Shown: piece by piece, positions 16,301-35,101 of the stretch
How positions within the stretch are numbered: the first letter of the stretch is position 1
Layout of the letters: each line of letters opens with the position of its first letter
Assembly (NCBI RefSeq): GCF_004010195.1
Contig: NW_025213786.1
Coordinates: forward strand, 1-36,000
Source of the DNA: Chiloscyllium plagiosum
Taxonomy: Eukaryota
DNA: 36,000 nt
Direction: 5' to 3'
Position numbers and translations under genes: made by a program
Notes under the pieces: model-generated
What the model saw: the letters and a program-made list of their open reading frames with translations, nothing else
Told to the model about the DNA's origin: nothing
Database searches by the model: none

Positions 16301-19300
16301 ACAGACACACTACACAGACACACTACACAGACACACTACACAGACACACTACACAGACACACTACACAGACACACTACACAGACACACTACACAGACACA
16401 CTACACAGACACACTACACAGACACACTACACAGACACACTACACAGACACACTACACAGACACACTACACAGACACACTACACAGACACACTACACAGA
16501 CACACTACACAGACACACTACACAGACACACTACACAGACACACTACACAGACACACTACACAGACACACTACACAGACACACTACACAGACACACTACA
16601 CAGACACACTACACAGACACACTACACAGACACACTACACAGACACACTACACAGACACACTACACAGACACACTACACAGACACACTACACAGACACAC
16701 TACACAGACACACTACACAGACACACTACACAGACACACTACACAGACACACTACACAGACACACTACACAGACACACTACACAGACACACTACACAGAC
16801 ACACTACACAGACACACTACACAGACACACTACACAGACACACTACACAGACACACTACACAGACACACTACACAGACACACTACACAGACACACTACAC
16901 AGACACACTACACAGACACACTACACAGACACACTACACAGACACACTACACAGACACACTACACAGACACACTACACAGACACACTACACAGACACACT
17001 ACACAGACACACTACACAGACACACTACACAGACACACTACACAGACACACTACACAGACACACTACACAGACACACTACACAGACACACTACACAGACA
17101 CACTACACAGACACACTACACAGACACACTACACAGACACACTACACAGACACACTACACAGACACACTACACAGACACACTACACAGACACACTACACA
17201 GACACACTACACAGACACACTACACAGACACACTACACAGACACACTACACAGACACACTACACAGACACACTACACAGACACACTACACAGACACACTA
17301 CACAGACACACTACACAGACACACTACACAGACACACTACACAGACACACTACACAGACACACTACACAGACACACTACACAGACACACTACACAGACAC
17401 ACTACACAGACACACTACACAGACACACTACACAGACACACTACACAGACACACTACACAGACACACTACACAGACACACTACACAGACACACTACACAG
17501 ACACACTACACAGACACACTACACAGACACACTACACAGACACACTACACAGACACACTACACAGACACACTACACAGACACACTACACAGACACACTAC
17601 ACAGACACACTACACAGACACACTACACAGACACACTACACAGACACACTACACAGACACACTACACAGACACACTACACAGACACACTACACAGACACA
17701 CTACACAGACACACTACACAGACACACTACACAGACACACTACACAGACACACTACACAGACACACTACACAGACACACTACACAGACACACTACACAGA
17801 CACACTACACAGACACACTACACAGACACACTACACAGACACACTACACAGACACACTACACAGACACACTACACAGACACACTACACAGACACACTACA
17901 CAGACACACTACACAGACACACTACACAGACACACTACACAGACACACTACACAGACACACTACACAGACACACTACACAGACACACTACACAGACACAC
18001 TACACAGACACACTACACAGACACACTACACAGACACACTACACAGACACACTACACAGACACACTACACAGACACACTACACAGACACACTACACAGAC
18101 ACACTACACAGACACACTACACAGACACACTACACAGACACACTACACAGACACACTACACAGACACACTACACAGACACACTACACAGACACACTACAC
18201 AGACACACTACACAGACACACTACACAGACACACTACACAGACACACTACACAGACACACTACACAGACACACTACACAGACACACTACACAGACACACT
18301 ACACAGACACACTACACAGACACACTACACAGACACACTACACAGACACACTACACAGACACACTACACAGACACACTACACAGACACACTACACAGACA
18401 CACTACACAGACACACTACACAGACACACTACACAGACACACTACACAGACACACTACACAGACACACTACACAGACACACTACACAGACACACTACACA
18501 GACACACTACACAGACACACTACACAGACACACTACACAGACACACTACACAGACACACTACACAGACACACTACACAGACACACTACACAGACACACTA
18601 CACAGACACACTACACAGACACACTACACAGACACACTACACAGACACACTACACAGACACACTACACAGACACACTACACAGACACACTACACAGACAC
18701 ACTACACAGACACACTACACAGACACACTACACAGACACACTACACAGACACACTACACAGACACACTACACAGACACACTACACAGACACACTACACAG
18801 ACACACTACACAGACACACTACACAGACACACTACACAGACACACTACACAGACACACTACACAGACACACTACACAGACACACTACACAGACACACTAC
18901 ACAGACACACTACACAGACACACTACACAGACACACTACACAGACACACTACACAGACACACTACACAGACACACTACACAGACACACTACACAGACACA
19001 CTACACAGACACACTACACAGACACACTACACAGACACACTACACAGACACACTACACAGACACACTACACAGACACACTACACAGACACACTACACAGA
19101 CACACTACACAGACACACTACACAGACACACTACACAGACACACTACACAGACACACTACACAGACACACTACACAGACACACTACACAGACACACTACA
19201 CAGACACACTACACAGACACACTACACAGACACACTACACAGACACACTACACAGACACACTACACAGACACACTACACAGACACACTACACAGACACAC

Positions 19301-22300
19301 TACACAGACACACTACACAGACACACTACACAGACACACTACACAGACACACTACACAGACACACTACACAGACACACTACACAGACACACTACACAGAC
19401 ACACTACACAGACACACTACACAGACACACTACACAGACACACTACACAGACACACTACACAGACACACTACACAGACACACTACACAGACACACTACAC
19501 AGACACACTACACAGACACACTACACAGACACACTACACAGACACACTACACAGACACACTACACAGACACACTACACAGACACACTACACAGACACACT
19601 ACACAGACACACTACACAGACACACTACACAGACACACTACACAGACACACTACACAGACACACTACACAGACACACTACACAGACACACTACACAGACA
19701 CACTACACAGACACACTACACAGACACACTACACAGACACACTACACAGACACACTACACAGACACACTACACAGACACACTACACAGACACACTACACA
19801 GACACACTACACAGACACACTACACAGACACACTACACAGACACACTACACAGACACACTACACAGACACACTACACAGACACACTACACAGACACACTA
19901 CACAGACACACTACACAGACACACTACACAGACACACTACACAGACACACTACACAGACACACTACACAGACACACTACACAGACACACTACACAGACAC
20001 ACTACACAGACACACTACACAGACACACTACACAGACACACTACACAGACACACTACACAGACACACTACACAGACACACTACACAGACACACTACACAG
20101 ACACACTACACAGACACACTACACAGACACACTACACAGACACACTACACAGACACACTACACAGACACACTACACAGACACACTACACAGACACACTAC
20201 ACAGACACACTACACAGACACACTACACAGACACACTACACAGACACACTACACAGACACACTACACAGACACACTACACAGACACACTACACAGACACA
20301 CTACACAGACACACTACACAGACACACTACACAGACACACTACACAGACACACTACACAGACACACTACACAGACACACTACACAGACACACTACACAGA
20401 CACACTACACAGACACACTACACAGACACACTACACAGACACACTACACAGACACACTACACAGACACACTACACAGACACACTACACAGACACACTACA
20501 CAGACACACTACACAGACACACTACACAGACACACTACACAGACACACTACACAGACACACTACACAGACACACTACACAGACACACTACACAGACACAC
20601 TACACAGACACACTACACAGACACACTACACAGACACACTACACAGACACACTACACAGACACACTACACAGACACACTACACAGACACACTACACAGAC
20701 ACACTACACAGACACACTACACAGACACACTACACAGACACACTACACAGACACACTACACAGACACACTACACAGACACACTACACAGACACACTACAC
20801 AGACACACTACACAGACACACTACACAGACACACTACACAGACACACTACACAGACACACTACACAGACACACTACACAGACACACTACACAGACACACT
20901 ACACAGACACACTACACAGACACACTACACAGACACACTACACAGACACACTACACAGACACACTACACAGACACACTACACAGACACACTACACAGACA
21001 CACTACACAGACACACTACACAGACACACTACACAGACACACTACACAGACACACTACACAGACACACTACACAGACACACTACACAGACACACTACACA
21101 GACACACTACACAGACACACTACACAGACACACTACACAGACACACTACACAGACACACTACACAGACACACTACACAGACACACTACACAGACACACTA
21201 CACAGACACACTACACAGACACACTACACAGACACACTACACAGACACACTACACAGACACACTACACAGACACACTACACAGACACACTACACAGACAC
21301 ACTACACAGACACACTACACAGACACACTACACAGACACACTACACAGACACACTACACAGACACACTACACAGACACACTACACAGACACACTACACAG
21401 ACACACTACACAGACACACTACACAGACACACTACACAGACACACTACACAGACACACTACACAGACACACTACACAGACACACTACACAGACACACTAC
21501 ACAGACACACTACACAGACACACTACACAGACACACTACACAGACACACTACACAGACACACTACACAGACACACTACACAGACACACTACACAGACACA
21601 CTACACAGACACACTACACAGACACACTACACAGACACACTACACAGACACACTACACAGACACACTACACAGACACACTACACAGACACACTACACAGA
21701 CACACTACACAGACACACTACACAGACACACTACACAGACACACTACACAGACACACTACACAGACACACTACACAGACACACTACACAGACACACTACA
21801 CAGACACACTACACAGACACACTACACAGACACACTACACAGACACACTACACAGACACACTACACAGACACACTACACAGACACACTACACAGACACAC
21901 TACACAGACACACTACACAGACACACTACACAGACACACTACACAGACACACTACACAGACACACTACACAGACACACTACACAGACACACTACACAGAC
22001 ACACTACACAGACACACTACACAGACACACTACACAGACACACTACACAGACACACTACACAGACACACTACACAGACACACTACACAGACACACTACAC
22101 AGACACACTACACAGACACACTACACAGACACACTACACAGACACACTACACAGACACACTACACAGACACACTACACAGACACACTACACAGACACACT
22201 ACACAGACACACTACACAGACACACTACACAGACACACTACACAGACACACTACACAGACACACTACACAGACACACTACACAGACACACTACACAGACA

Positions 22301-25300
22301 CACTACACAGACACACTACACAGACACACTACACAGACACACTACACAGACACACTACACAGACACACTACACAGACACACTACACAGACACACTACACA
22401 GACACACTACACAGACACACTACACAGACACACTACACAGACACACTACACAGACACACTACACAGACACACTACACAGACACACTACACAGACACACTA
22501 CACAGACACACTACACAGACACACTACACAGACACACTACACAGACACACTACACAGACACACTACACAGACACACTACACAGACACACTACACAGACAC
22601 ACTACACAGACACACTACACAGACACACTACACAGACACACTACACAGACACACTACACAGACACACTACACAGACACACTACACAGACACACTACACAG
22701 ACACACTACACAGACACACTACACAGACACACTACACAGACACACTACACAGACACACTACACAGACACACTACACAGACACACTACACAGACACACTAC
22801 ACAGACACACTACACAGACACACTACACAGACACACTACACAGACACACTACACAGACACACTACACAGACACACTACACAGACACACTACACAGACACA
22901 CTACACAGACACACTACACAGACACACTACACAGACACACTACACAGACACACTACACAGACACACTACACAGACACACTACACAGACACACTACACAGA
23001 CACACTACACAGACACACTACACAGACACACTACACAGACACACTACACAGACACACTACACAGACACACTACACAGACACACTACACAGACACACTACA
23101 CAGACACACTACACAGACACACTACACAGACACACTACACAGACACACTACACAGACACACTACACAGACACACTACACAGACACACTACACAGACACAC
23201 TACACAGACACACTACACAGACACACTACACAGACACACTACACAGACACACTACACAGACACACTACACAGACACACTACACAGACACACTACACAGAC
23301 ACACTACACAGACACACTACACAGACACACTACACAGACACACTACACAGACACACTACACAGACACACTACACAGACACACTACACAGACACACTACAC
23401 AGACACACTACACAGACACACTACACAGACACACTACACAGACACACTACACAGACACACTACACAGACACACTACACAGACACACTACACAGACACACT
23501 ACACAGACACACTACACAGACACACTACACAGACACACTACACAGACACACTACACAGACACACTACACAGACACACTACACAGACACACTACACAGACA
23601 CACTACACAGACACACTACACAGACACACTACACAGACACACTACACAGACACACTACACAGACACACTACACAGACACACTACACAGACACACTACACA
23701 GACACACTACACAGACACACTACACAGACACACTACACAGACACACTACACAGACACACTACACAGACACACTACACAGACACACTACACAGACACACTA
23801 CACAGACACACTACACAGACACACTACACAGACACACTACACAGACACACTACACAGACACACTACACAGACACACTACACAGACACACTACACAGACAC
23901 ACTACACAGACACACTACACAGACACACTACACAGACACACTACACAGACACACTACACAGACACACTACACAGACACACTACACAGACACACTACACAG
24001 ACACACTACACAGACACACTACACAGACACACTACACAGACACACTACACAGACACACTACACAGACACACTACACAGACACACTACACAGACACACTAC
24101 ACAGACACACTACACAGACACACTACACAGACACACTACACAGACACACTACACAGACACACTACACAGACACACTACACAGACACACTACACAGACACA
24201 CTACACAGACACACTACACAGACACACTACACAGACACACTACACAGACACACTACACAGACACACTACACAGACACACTACACAGACACACTACACAGA
24301 CACACTACACAGACACACTACACAGACACACTACACAGACACACTACACAGACACACTACACAGACACACTACACAGACACACTACACAGACACACTACA
24401 CAGACACACTACACAGACACACTACACAGACACACTACACAGACACACTACACAGACACACTACACAGACACACTACACAGACACACTACACAGACACAC
24501 TACACAGACACACTACACAGACACACTACACAGACACACTACACAGACACACTACACAGACACACTACACAGACACACTACACAGACACACTACACAGAC
24601 ACACTACACAGACACACTACACAGACACACTACACAGACACACTACACAGACACACTACACAGACACACTACACAGACACACTACACAGACACACTACAC
24701 AGACACACTACACAGACACACTACACAGACACACTACACAGACACACTACACAGACACACTACACAGACACACTACACAGACACACTACACAGACACACT
24801 ACACAGACACACTACACAGACACACTACACAGACACACTACACAGACACACTACACAGACACACTACACAGACACACTACACAGACACACTACACAGACA
24901 CACTACACAGACACACTACACAGACACACTACACAGACACACTACACAGACACACTACACAGACACACTACACAGACACACTACACAGACACACTACACA
25001 GACACACTACACAGACACACTACACAGACACACTACACAGACACACTACACAGACACACTACACAGACACACTACACAGACACACTACACAGACACACTA
25101 CACAGACACACTACACAGACACACTACACAGACACACTACACAGACACACTACACAGACACACTACACAGACACACTACACAGACACACTACACAGACAC
25201 ACTACACAGACACACTACACAGACACACTACACAGACACACTACACAGACACACTACACAGACACACTACACAGACACACTACACAGACACACTACACAG

Positions 25301-28300
25301 ACACACTACACAGACACACTACACAGACACACTACACAGACACACTACACAGACACACTACACAGACACACTACACAGACACACTACACAGACACACTAC
25401 ACAGACACACTACACAGACACACTACACAGACACACTACACAGACACACTACACAGACACACTACACAGACACACTACACAGACACACTACACAGACACA
25501 CTACACAGACACACTACACAGACACACTACACAGACACACTACACAGACACACTACACAGACACACTACACAGACACACTACACAGACACACTACACAGA
25601 CACACTACACAGACACACTACACAGACACACTACACAGACACACTACACAGACACACTACACAGACACACTACACAGACACACTACACAGACACACTACA
25701 CAGACACACTACACAGACACACTACACAGACACACTACACAGACACACTACACAGACACACTACACAGACACACTACACAGACACACTACACAGACACAC
25801 TACACAGACACACTACACAGACACACTACACAGACACACTACACAGACACACTACACAGACACACTACACAGACACACTACACAGACACACTACACAGAC
25901 ACACTACACAGACACACTACACAGACACACTACACAGACACACTACACAGACACACTACACAGACACACTACACAGACACACTACACAGACACACTACAC
26001 AGACACACTACACAGACACACTACACAGACACACTACACAGACACACTACACAGACACACTACACAGACACACTACACAGACACACTACACAGACACACT
26101 ACACAGACACACTACACAGACACACTACACAGACACACTACACAGACACACTACACAGACACACTACACAGACACACTACACAGACACACTACACAGACA
26201 CACTACACAGACACACTACACAGACACACTACACAGACACACTACACAGACACACTACACAGACACACTACACAGACACACTACACAGACACACTACACA
26301 GACACACTACACAGACACACTACACAGACACACTACACAGACACACTACACAGACACACTACACAGACACACTACACAGACACACTACACAGACACACTA
26401 CACAGACACACTACACAGACACACTACACAGACACACTACACAGACACACTACACAGACACACTACACAGACACACTACACAGACACACTACACAGACAC
26501 ACTACACAGACACACTACACAGACACACTACACAGACACACTACACAGACACACTACACAGACACACTACACAGACACACTACACAGACACACTACACAG
26601 ACACACTACACAGACACACTACACAGACACACTACACAGACACACTACACAGACACACTACACAGACACACTACACAGACACACTACACAGACACACTAC
26701 ACAGACACACTACACAGACACACTACACAGACACACTACACAGACACACTACACAGACACACTACACAGACACACTACACAGACACACTACACAGACACA
26801 CTACACAGACACACTACACAGACACACTACACAGACACACTACACAGACACACTACACAGACACACTACACAGACACACTACACAGACACACTACACAGA
26901 CACACTACACAGACACACTACACAGACACACTACACAGACACACTACACAGACACACTACACAGACACACTACACAGACACACTACACAGACACACTACA
27001 CAGACACACTACACAGACACACTACACAGACACACTACACAGACACACTACACAGACACACTACACAGACACACTACACAGACACACTACACAGACACAC
27101 TACACAGACACACTACACAGACACACTACACAGACACACTACACAGACACACTACACAGACACACTACACAGACACACTACACAGACACACTACACAGAC
27201 ACACTACACAGACACACTACACAGACACACTACACAGACACACTACACAGACACACTACACAGACACACTACACAGACACACTACACAGACACACTACAC
27301 AGACACACTACACAGACACACTACACAGACACACTACACAGACACACTACACAGACACACTACACAGACACACTACACAGACACACTACACAGACACACT
27401 ACACAGACACACTACACAGACACACTACACAGACACACTACACAGACACACTACACAGACACACTACACAGACACACTACACAGACACACTACACAGACA
27501 CACTACACAGACACACTACACAGACACACTACACAGACACACTACACAGACACACTACACAGACACACTACACAGACACACTACACAGACACACTACACA
27601 GACACACTACACAGACACACTACACAGACACACTACACAGACACACTACACAGACACACTACACAGACACACTACACAGACACACTACACAGACACACTA
27701 CACAGACACACTACACAGACACACTACACAGACACACTACACAGACACACTACACAGACACACTACACAGACACACTACACAGACACACTACACAGACAC
27801 ACTACACAGACACACTACACAGACACACTACACAGACACACTACACAGACACACTACACAGACACACTACACAGACACACTACACAGACACACTACACAG
27901 ACACACTACACAGACACACTACACAGACACACTACACAGACACACTACACAGACACACTACACAGACACACTACACAGACACACTACACAGACACACTAC
28001 ACAGACACACTACACAGACACACTACACAGACACACTACACAGACACACTACACAGACACACTACACAGACACACTACACAGACACACTACACAGACACA
28101 CTACACAGACACACTACACAGACACACTACACAGACACACTACACAGACACACTACACAGACACACTACACAGACACACTACACAGACACACTACACAGA
28201 CACACTACACAGACACACTACACAGACACACTACACAGACACACTACACAGACACACTACACAGACACACTACACAGACACACTACACAGACACACTACA

Positions 28301-31300
28301 CAGACACACTACACAGACACACTACACAGACACACTACACAGACACACTACACAGACACACTACACAGACACACTACACAGACACACTACACAGACACAC
28401 TACACAGACACACTACACAGACACACTACACAGACACACTACACAGACACACTACACAGACACACTACACAGACACACTACACAGACACACTACACAGAC
28501 ACACTACACAGACACACTACACAGACACACTACACAGACACACTACACAGACACACTACACAGACACACTACACAGACACACTACACAGACACACTACAC
28601 AGACACACTACACAGACACACTACACAGACACACTACACAGACACACTACACAGACACACTACACAGACACACTACACAGACACACTACACAGACACACT
28701 ACACAGACACACTACACAGACACACTACACAGACACACTACACAGACACACTACACAGACACACTACACAGACACACTACACAGACACACTACACAGACA
28801 CACTACACAGACACACTACACAGACACACTACACAGACACACTACACAGACACACTACACAGACACACTACACAGACACACTACACAGACACACTACACA
28901 GACACACTACACAGACACACTACACAGACACACTACACAGACACACTACACAGACACACTACACAGACACACTACACAGACACACTACACAGACACACTA
29001 CACAGACACACTACACAGACACACTACACAGACACACTACACAGACACACTACACAGACACACTACACAGACACACTACACAGACACACTACACAGACAC
29101 ACTACACAGACACACTACACAGACACACTACACAGACACACTACACAGACACACTACACAGACACACTACACAGACACACTACACAGACACACTACACAG
29201 ACACACTACACAGACACACTACACAGACACACTACACAGACACACTACACAGACACACTACACAGACACACTACACAGACACACTACACAGACACACTAC
29301 ACAGACACACTACACAGACACACTACACAGACACACTACACAGACACACTACACAGACACACTACACAGACACACTACACAGACACACTACACAGACACA
29401 CTACACAGACACACTACACAGACACACTACACAGACACACTACACAGACACACTACACAGACACACTACACAGACACACTACACAGACACACTACACAGA
29501 CACACTACACAGACACACTACACAGACACACTACACAGACACACTACACAGACACACTACACAGACACACTACACAGACACACTACACAGACACACTACA
29601 CAGACACACTACACAGACACACTACACAGACACACTACACAGACACACTACACAGACACACTACACAGACACACTACACAGACACACTACACAGACACAC
29701 TACACAGACACACTACACAGACACACTACACAGACACACTACACAGACACACTACACAGACACACTACACAGACACACTACACAGACACACTACACAGAC
29801 ACACTACACAGACACACTACACAGACACACTACACAGACACACTACACAGACACACTACACAGACACACTACACAGACACACTACACAGACACACTACAC
29901 AGACACACTACACAGACACACTACACAGACACACTACACAGACACACTACACAGACACACTACACAGACACACTACACAGACACACTACACAGACACACT
30001 ACACAGACACACTACACAGACACACTACACAGACACACTACACAGACACACTACACAGACACACTACACAGACACACTACACAGACACACTACACAGACA
30101 CACTACACAGACACACTACACAGACACACTACACAGACACACTACACAGACACACTACACAGACACACTACACAGACACACTACACAGACACACTACACA
30201 GACACACTACACAGACACACTACACAGACACACTACACAGACACACTACACAGACACACTACACAGACACACTACACAGACACACTACACAGACACACTA
30301 CACAGACACACTACACAGACACACTACACAGACACACTACACAGACACACTACACAGACACACTACACAGACACACTACACAGACACACTACACAGACAC
30401 ACTACACAGACACACTACACAGACACACTACACAGACACACTACACAGACACACTACACAGACACACTACACAGACACACTACACAGACACACTACACAG
30501 ACACACTACACAGACACACTACACAGACACACTACACAGACACACTACACAGACACACTACACAGACACACTACACAGACACACTACACAGACACACTAC
30601 ACAGACACACTACACAGACACACTACACAGACACACTACACAGACACACTACACAGACACACTACACAGACACACTACACAGACACACTACACAGACACA
30701 CTACACAGACACACTACACAGACACACTACACAGACACACTACACAGACACACTACACAGACACACTACACAGACACACTACACAGACACACTACACAGA
30801 CACACTACACAGACACACTACACAGACACACTACACAGACACACTACACAGACACACTACACAGACACACTACACAGACACACTACACAGACACACTACA
30901 CAGACACACTACACAGACACACTACACAGACACACTACACAGACACACTACACAGACACACTACACAGACACACTACACAGACACACTACACAGACACAC
31001 TACACAGACACACTACACAGACACACTACACAGACACACTACACAGACACACTACACAGACACACTACACAGACACACTACACAGACACACTACACAGAC
31101 ACACTACACAGACACACTACACAGACACACTACACAGACACACTACACAGACACACTACACAGACACACTACACAGACACACTACACAGACACACTACAC
31201 AGACACACTACACAGACACACTACACAGACACACTACACAGACACACTACACAGACACACTACACAGACACACTACACAGACACACTACACAGACACACT

Positions 31301-34300
31301 ACACAGACACACTACACAGACACACTACACAGACACACTACACAGACACACTACACAGACACACTACACAGACACACTACACAGACACACTACACAGACA
31401 CACTACACAGACACACTACACAGACACACTACACAGACACACTACACAGACACACTACACAGACACACTACACAGACACACTACACAGACACACTACACA
31501 GACACACTACACAGACACACTACACAGACACACTACACAGACACACTACACAGACACACTACACAGACACACTACACAGACACACTACACAGACACACTA
31601 CACAGACACACTACACAGACACACTACACAGACACACTACACAGACACACTACACAGACACACTACACAGACACACTACACAGACACACTACACAGACAC
31701 ACTACACAGACACACTACACAGACACACTACACAGACACACTACACAGACACACTACACAGACACACTACACAGACACACTACACAGACACACTACACAG
31801 ACACACTACACAGACACACTACACAGACACACTACACAGACACACTACACAGACACACTACACAGACACACTACACAGACACACTACACAGACACACTAC
31901 ACAGACACACTACACAGACACACTACACAGACACACTACACAGACACACTACACAGACACACTACACAGACACACTACACAGACACACTACACAGACACA
32001 CTACACAGACACACTACACAGACACACTACACAGACACACTACACAGACACACTACACAGACACACTACACAGACACACTACACAGACACACTACACAGA
32101 CACACTACACAGACACACTACACAGACACACTACACAGACACACTACACAGACACACTACACAGACACACTACACAGACACACTACACAGACACACTACA
32201 CAGACACACTACACAGACACACTACACAGACACACTACACAGACACACTACACAGACACACTACACAGACACACTACACAGACACACTACACAGACACAC
32301 TACACAGACACACTACACAGACACACTACACAGACACACTACACAGACACACTACACAGACACACTACACAGACACACTACACAGACACACTACACAGAC
32401 ACACTACACAGACACACTACACAGACACACTACACAGACACACTACACAGACACACTACACAGACACACTACACAGACACACTACACAGACACACTACAC
32501 AGACACACTACACAGACACACTACACAGACACACTACACAGACACACTACACAGACACACTACACAGACACACTACACAGACACACTACACAGACACACT
32601 ACACAGACACACTACACAGACACACTACACAGACACACTACACAGACACACTACACAGACACACTACACAGACACACTACACAGACACACTACACAGACA
32701 CACTACACAGACACACTACACAGACACACTACACAGACACACTACACAGACACACTACACAGACACACTACACAGACACACTACACAGACACACTACACA
32801 GACACACTACACAGACACACTACACAGACACACTACACAGACACACTACACAGACACACTACACAGACACACTACACAGACACACTACACAGACACACTA
32901 CACAGACACACTACACAGACACACTACACAGACACACTACACAGACACACTACACAGACACACTACACAGACACACTACACAGACACACTACACAGACAC
33001 ACTACACAGACACACTACACAGACACACTACACAGACACACTACACAGACACACTACACAGACACACTACACAGACACACTACACAGACACACTACACAG
33101 ACACACTACACAGACACACTACACAGACACACTACACAGACACACTACACAGACACACTACACAGACACACTACACAGACACACTACACAGACACACTAC
33201 ACAGACACACTACACAGACACACTACACAGACACACTACACAGACACACTACACAGACACACTACACAGACACACTACACAGACACACTACACAGACACA
33301 CTACACAGACACACTACACAGACACACTACACAGACACACTACACAGACACACTACACAGACACACTACACAGACACACTACACAGACACACTACACAGA
33401 CACACTACACAGACACACTACACAGACACACTACACAGACACACTACACAGACACACTACACAGACACACTACACAGACACACTACACAGACACACTACA
33501 CAGACACACTACACAGACACACTACACAGACACACTACACAGACACACTACACAGACACACTACACAGACACACTACACAGACACACTACACAGACACAC
33601 TACACAGACACACTACACAGACACACTACACAGACACACTACACAGACACACTACACAGACACACTACACAGACACACTACACAGACACACTACACAGAC
33701 ACACTACACAGACACACTACACAGACACACTACACAGACACACTACACAGACACACTACACAGACACACTACACAGACACACTACACAGACACACTACAC
33801 AGACACACTACACAGACACACTACACAGACACACTACACAGACACACTACACAGACACACTACACAGACACACTACACAGACACACTACACAGACACACT
33901 ACACAGACACACTACACAGACACACTACACAGACACACTACACAGACACACTACACAGACACACTACACAGACACACTACACAGACACACTACACAGACA
34001 CACTACACAGACACACTACACAGACACACTACACAGACACACTACACAGACACACTACACAGACACACTACACAGACACACTACACAGACACACTACACA
34101 GACACACTACACAGACACACTACACAGACACACTACACAGACACACTACACAGACACACTACACAGACACACTACACAGACACACTACACAGACACACTA
34201 CACAGACACACTACACAGACACACTACACAGACACACTACACAGACACACTACACAGACACACTACACAGACACACTACACAGACACACTACACAGACAC

Positions 34301-35101
34301 ACTACACAGACACACTACACAGACACACTACACAGACACACTACACAGACACACTACACAGACACACTACACAGACACACTACACAGACACACTACACAG
34401 ACACACTACACAGACACACTACACAGACACACTACACAGACACACTACACAGACACACTACACAGACACACTACACAGACACACTACACAGACACACTAC
34501 ACAGACACACTACACAGACACACTACACAGACACACTACACAGACACACTACACAGACACACTACACAGACACACTACACAGACACACTACACAGACACA
34601 CTACACAGACACACTACACAGACACACTACACAGACACACTACACAGACACACTACACAGACACACTACACAGACACACTACACAGACACACTACACAGA
34701 CACACTACACAGACACACTACACAGACACACTACACAGACACACTACACAGACACACTACACAGACACACTACACAGACACACTACACAGACACACTACA
34801 CAGACACACTACACAGACACACTACACAGACACACTACACAGACACACTACACAGACACACTACACAGACACACTACACAGACACACTACACAGACACAC
34901 TACACAGACACACTACACAGACACACTACACAGACACACTACACAGACACACTACACAGACACACTACACAGACACACTACACAGACACACTACACAGAC
35001 ACACTACACAGACACACTACACAGACACACTACACAGACACACTACACAGACACACTACACAGACACACTACACAGACACACTACACAGACACACTACAC
35101 A
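1190..35101. repeat. Giant 13-bp minisatellite/satellite array (ACTACACAGACAC)n, ~33.9 kb, ~2,608.6 units
   Basis: Directly visible. The first unit starts at 1190 and the last full unit is 35081-35093; (35081-1190)/13 = 2607 exactly, so there is no net indel. It ends in a partial unit ACTACACA. Unit composition is A6 C5 G1 T1, and the minus strand is (GTGTCTGTGTAGT)n. I saw no deviation from 1385 onward (2,593 full units), consistent with the invariant ORF translations. Confidence 0.99.

Noticed and set aside
1190..35101. CRISPR array
   Set aside because: The units are head-to-tail with no unique spacers, the 13-bp unit is too short, there are no cas genes, and the context is eukaryotic.
1190..35101. 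True telomeric tract
   Set aside because: One strand is GT-rich, but the array is flanked by non-repeat DNA on both sides, lacks GGG runs in the main unit and is not TTAGGG, the vertebrate telomere repeat.
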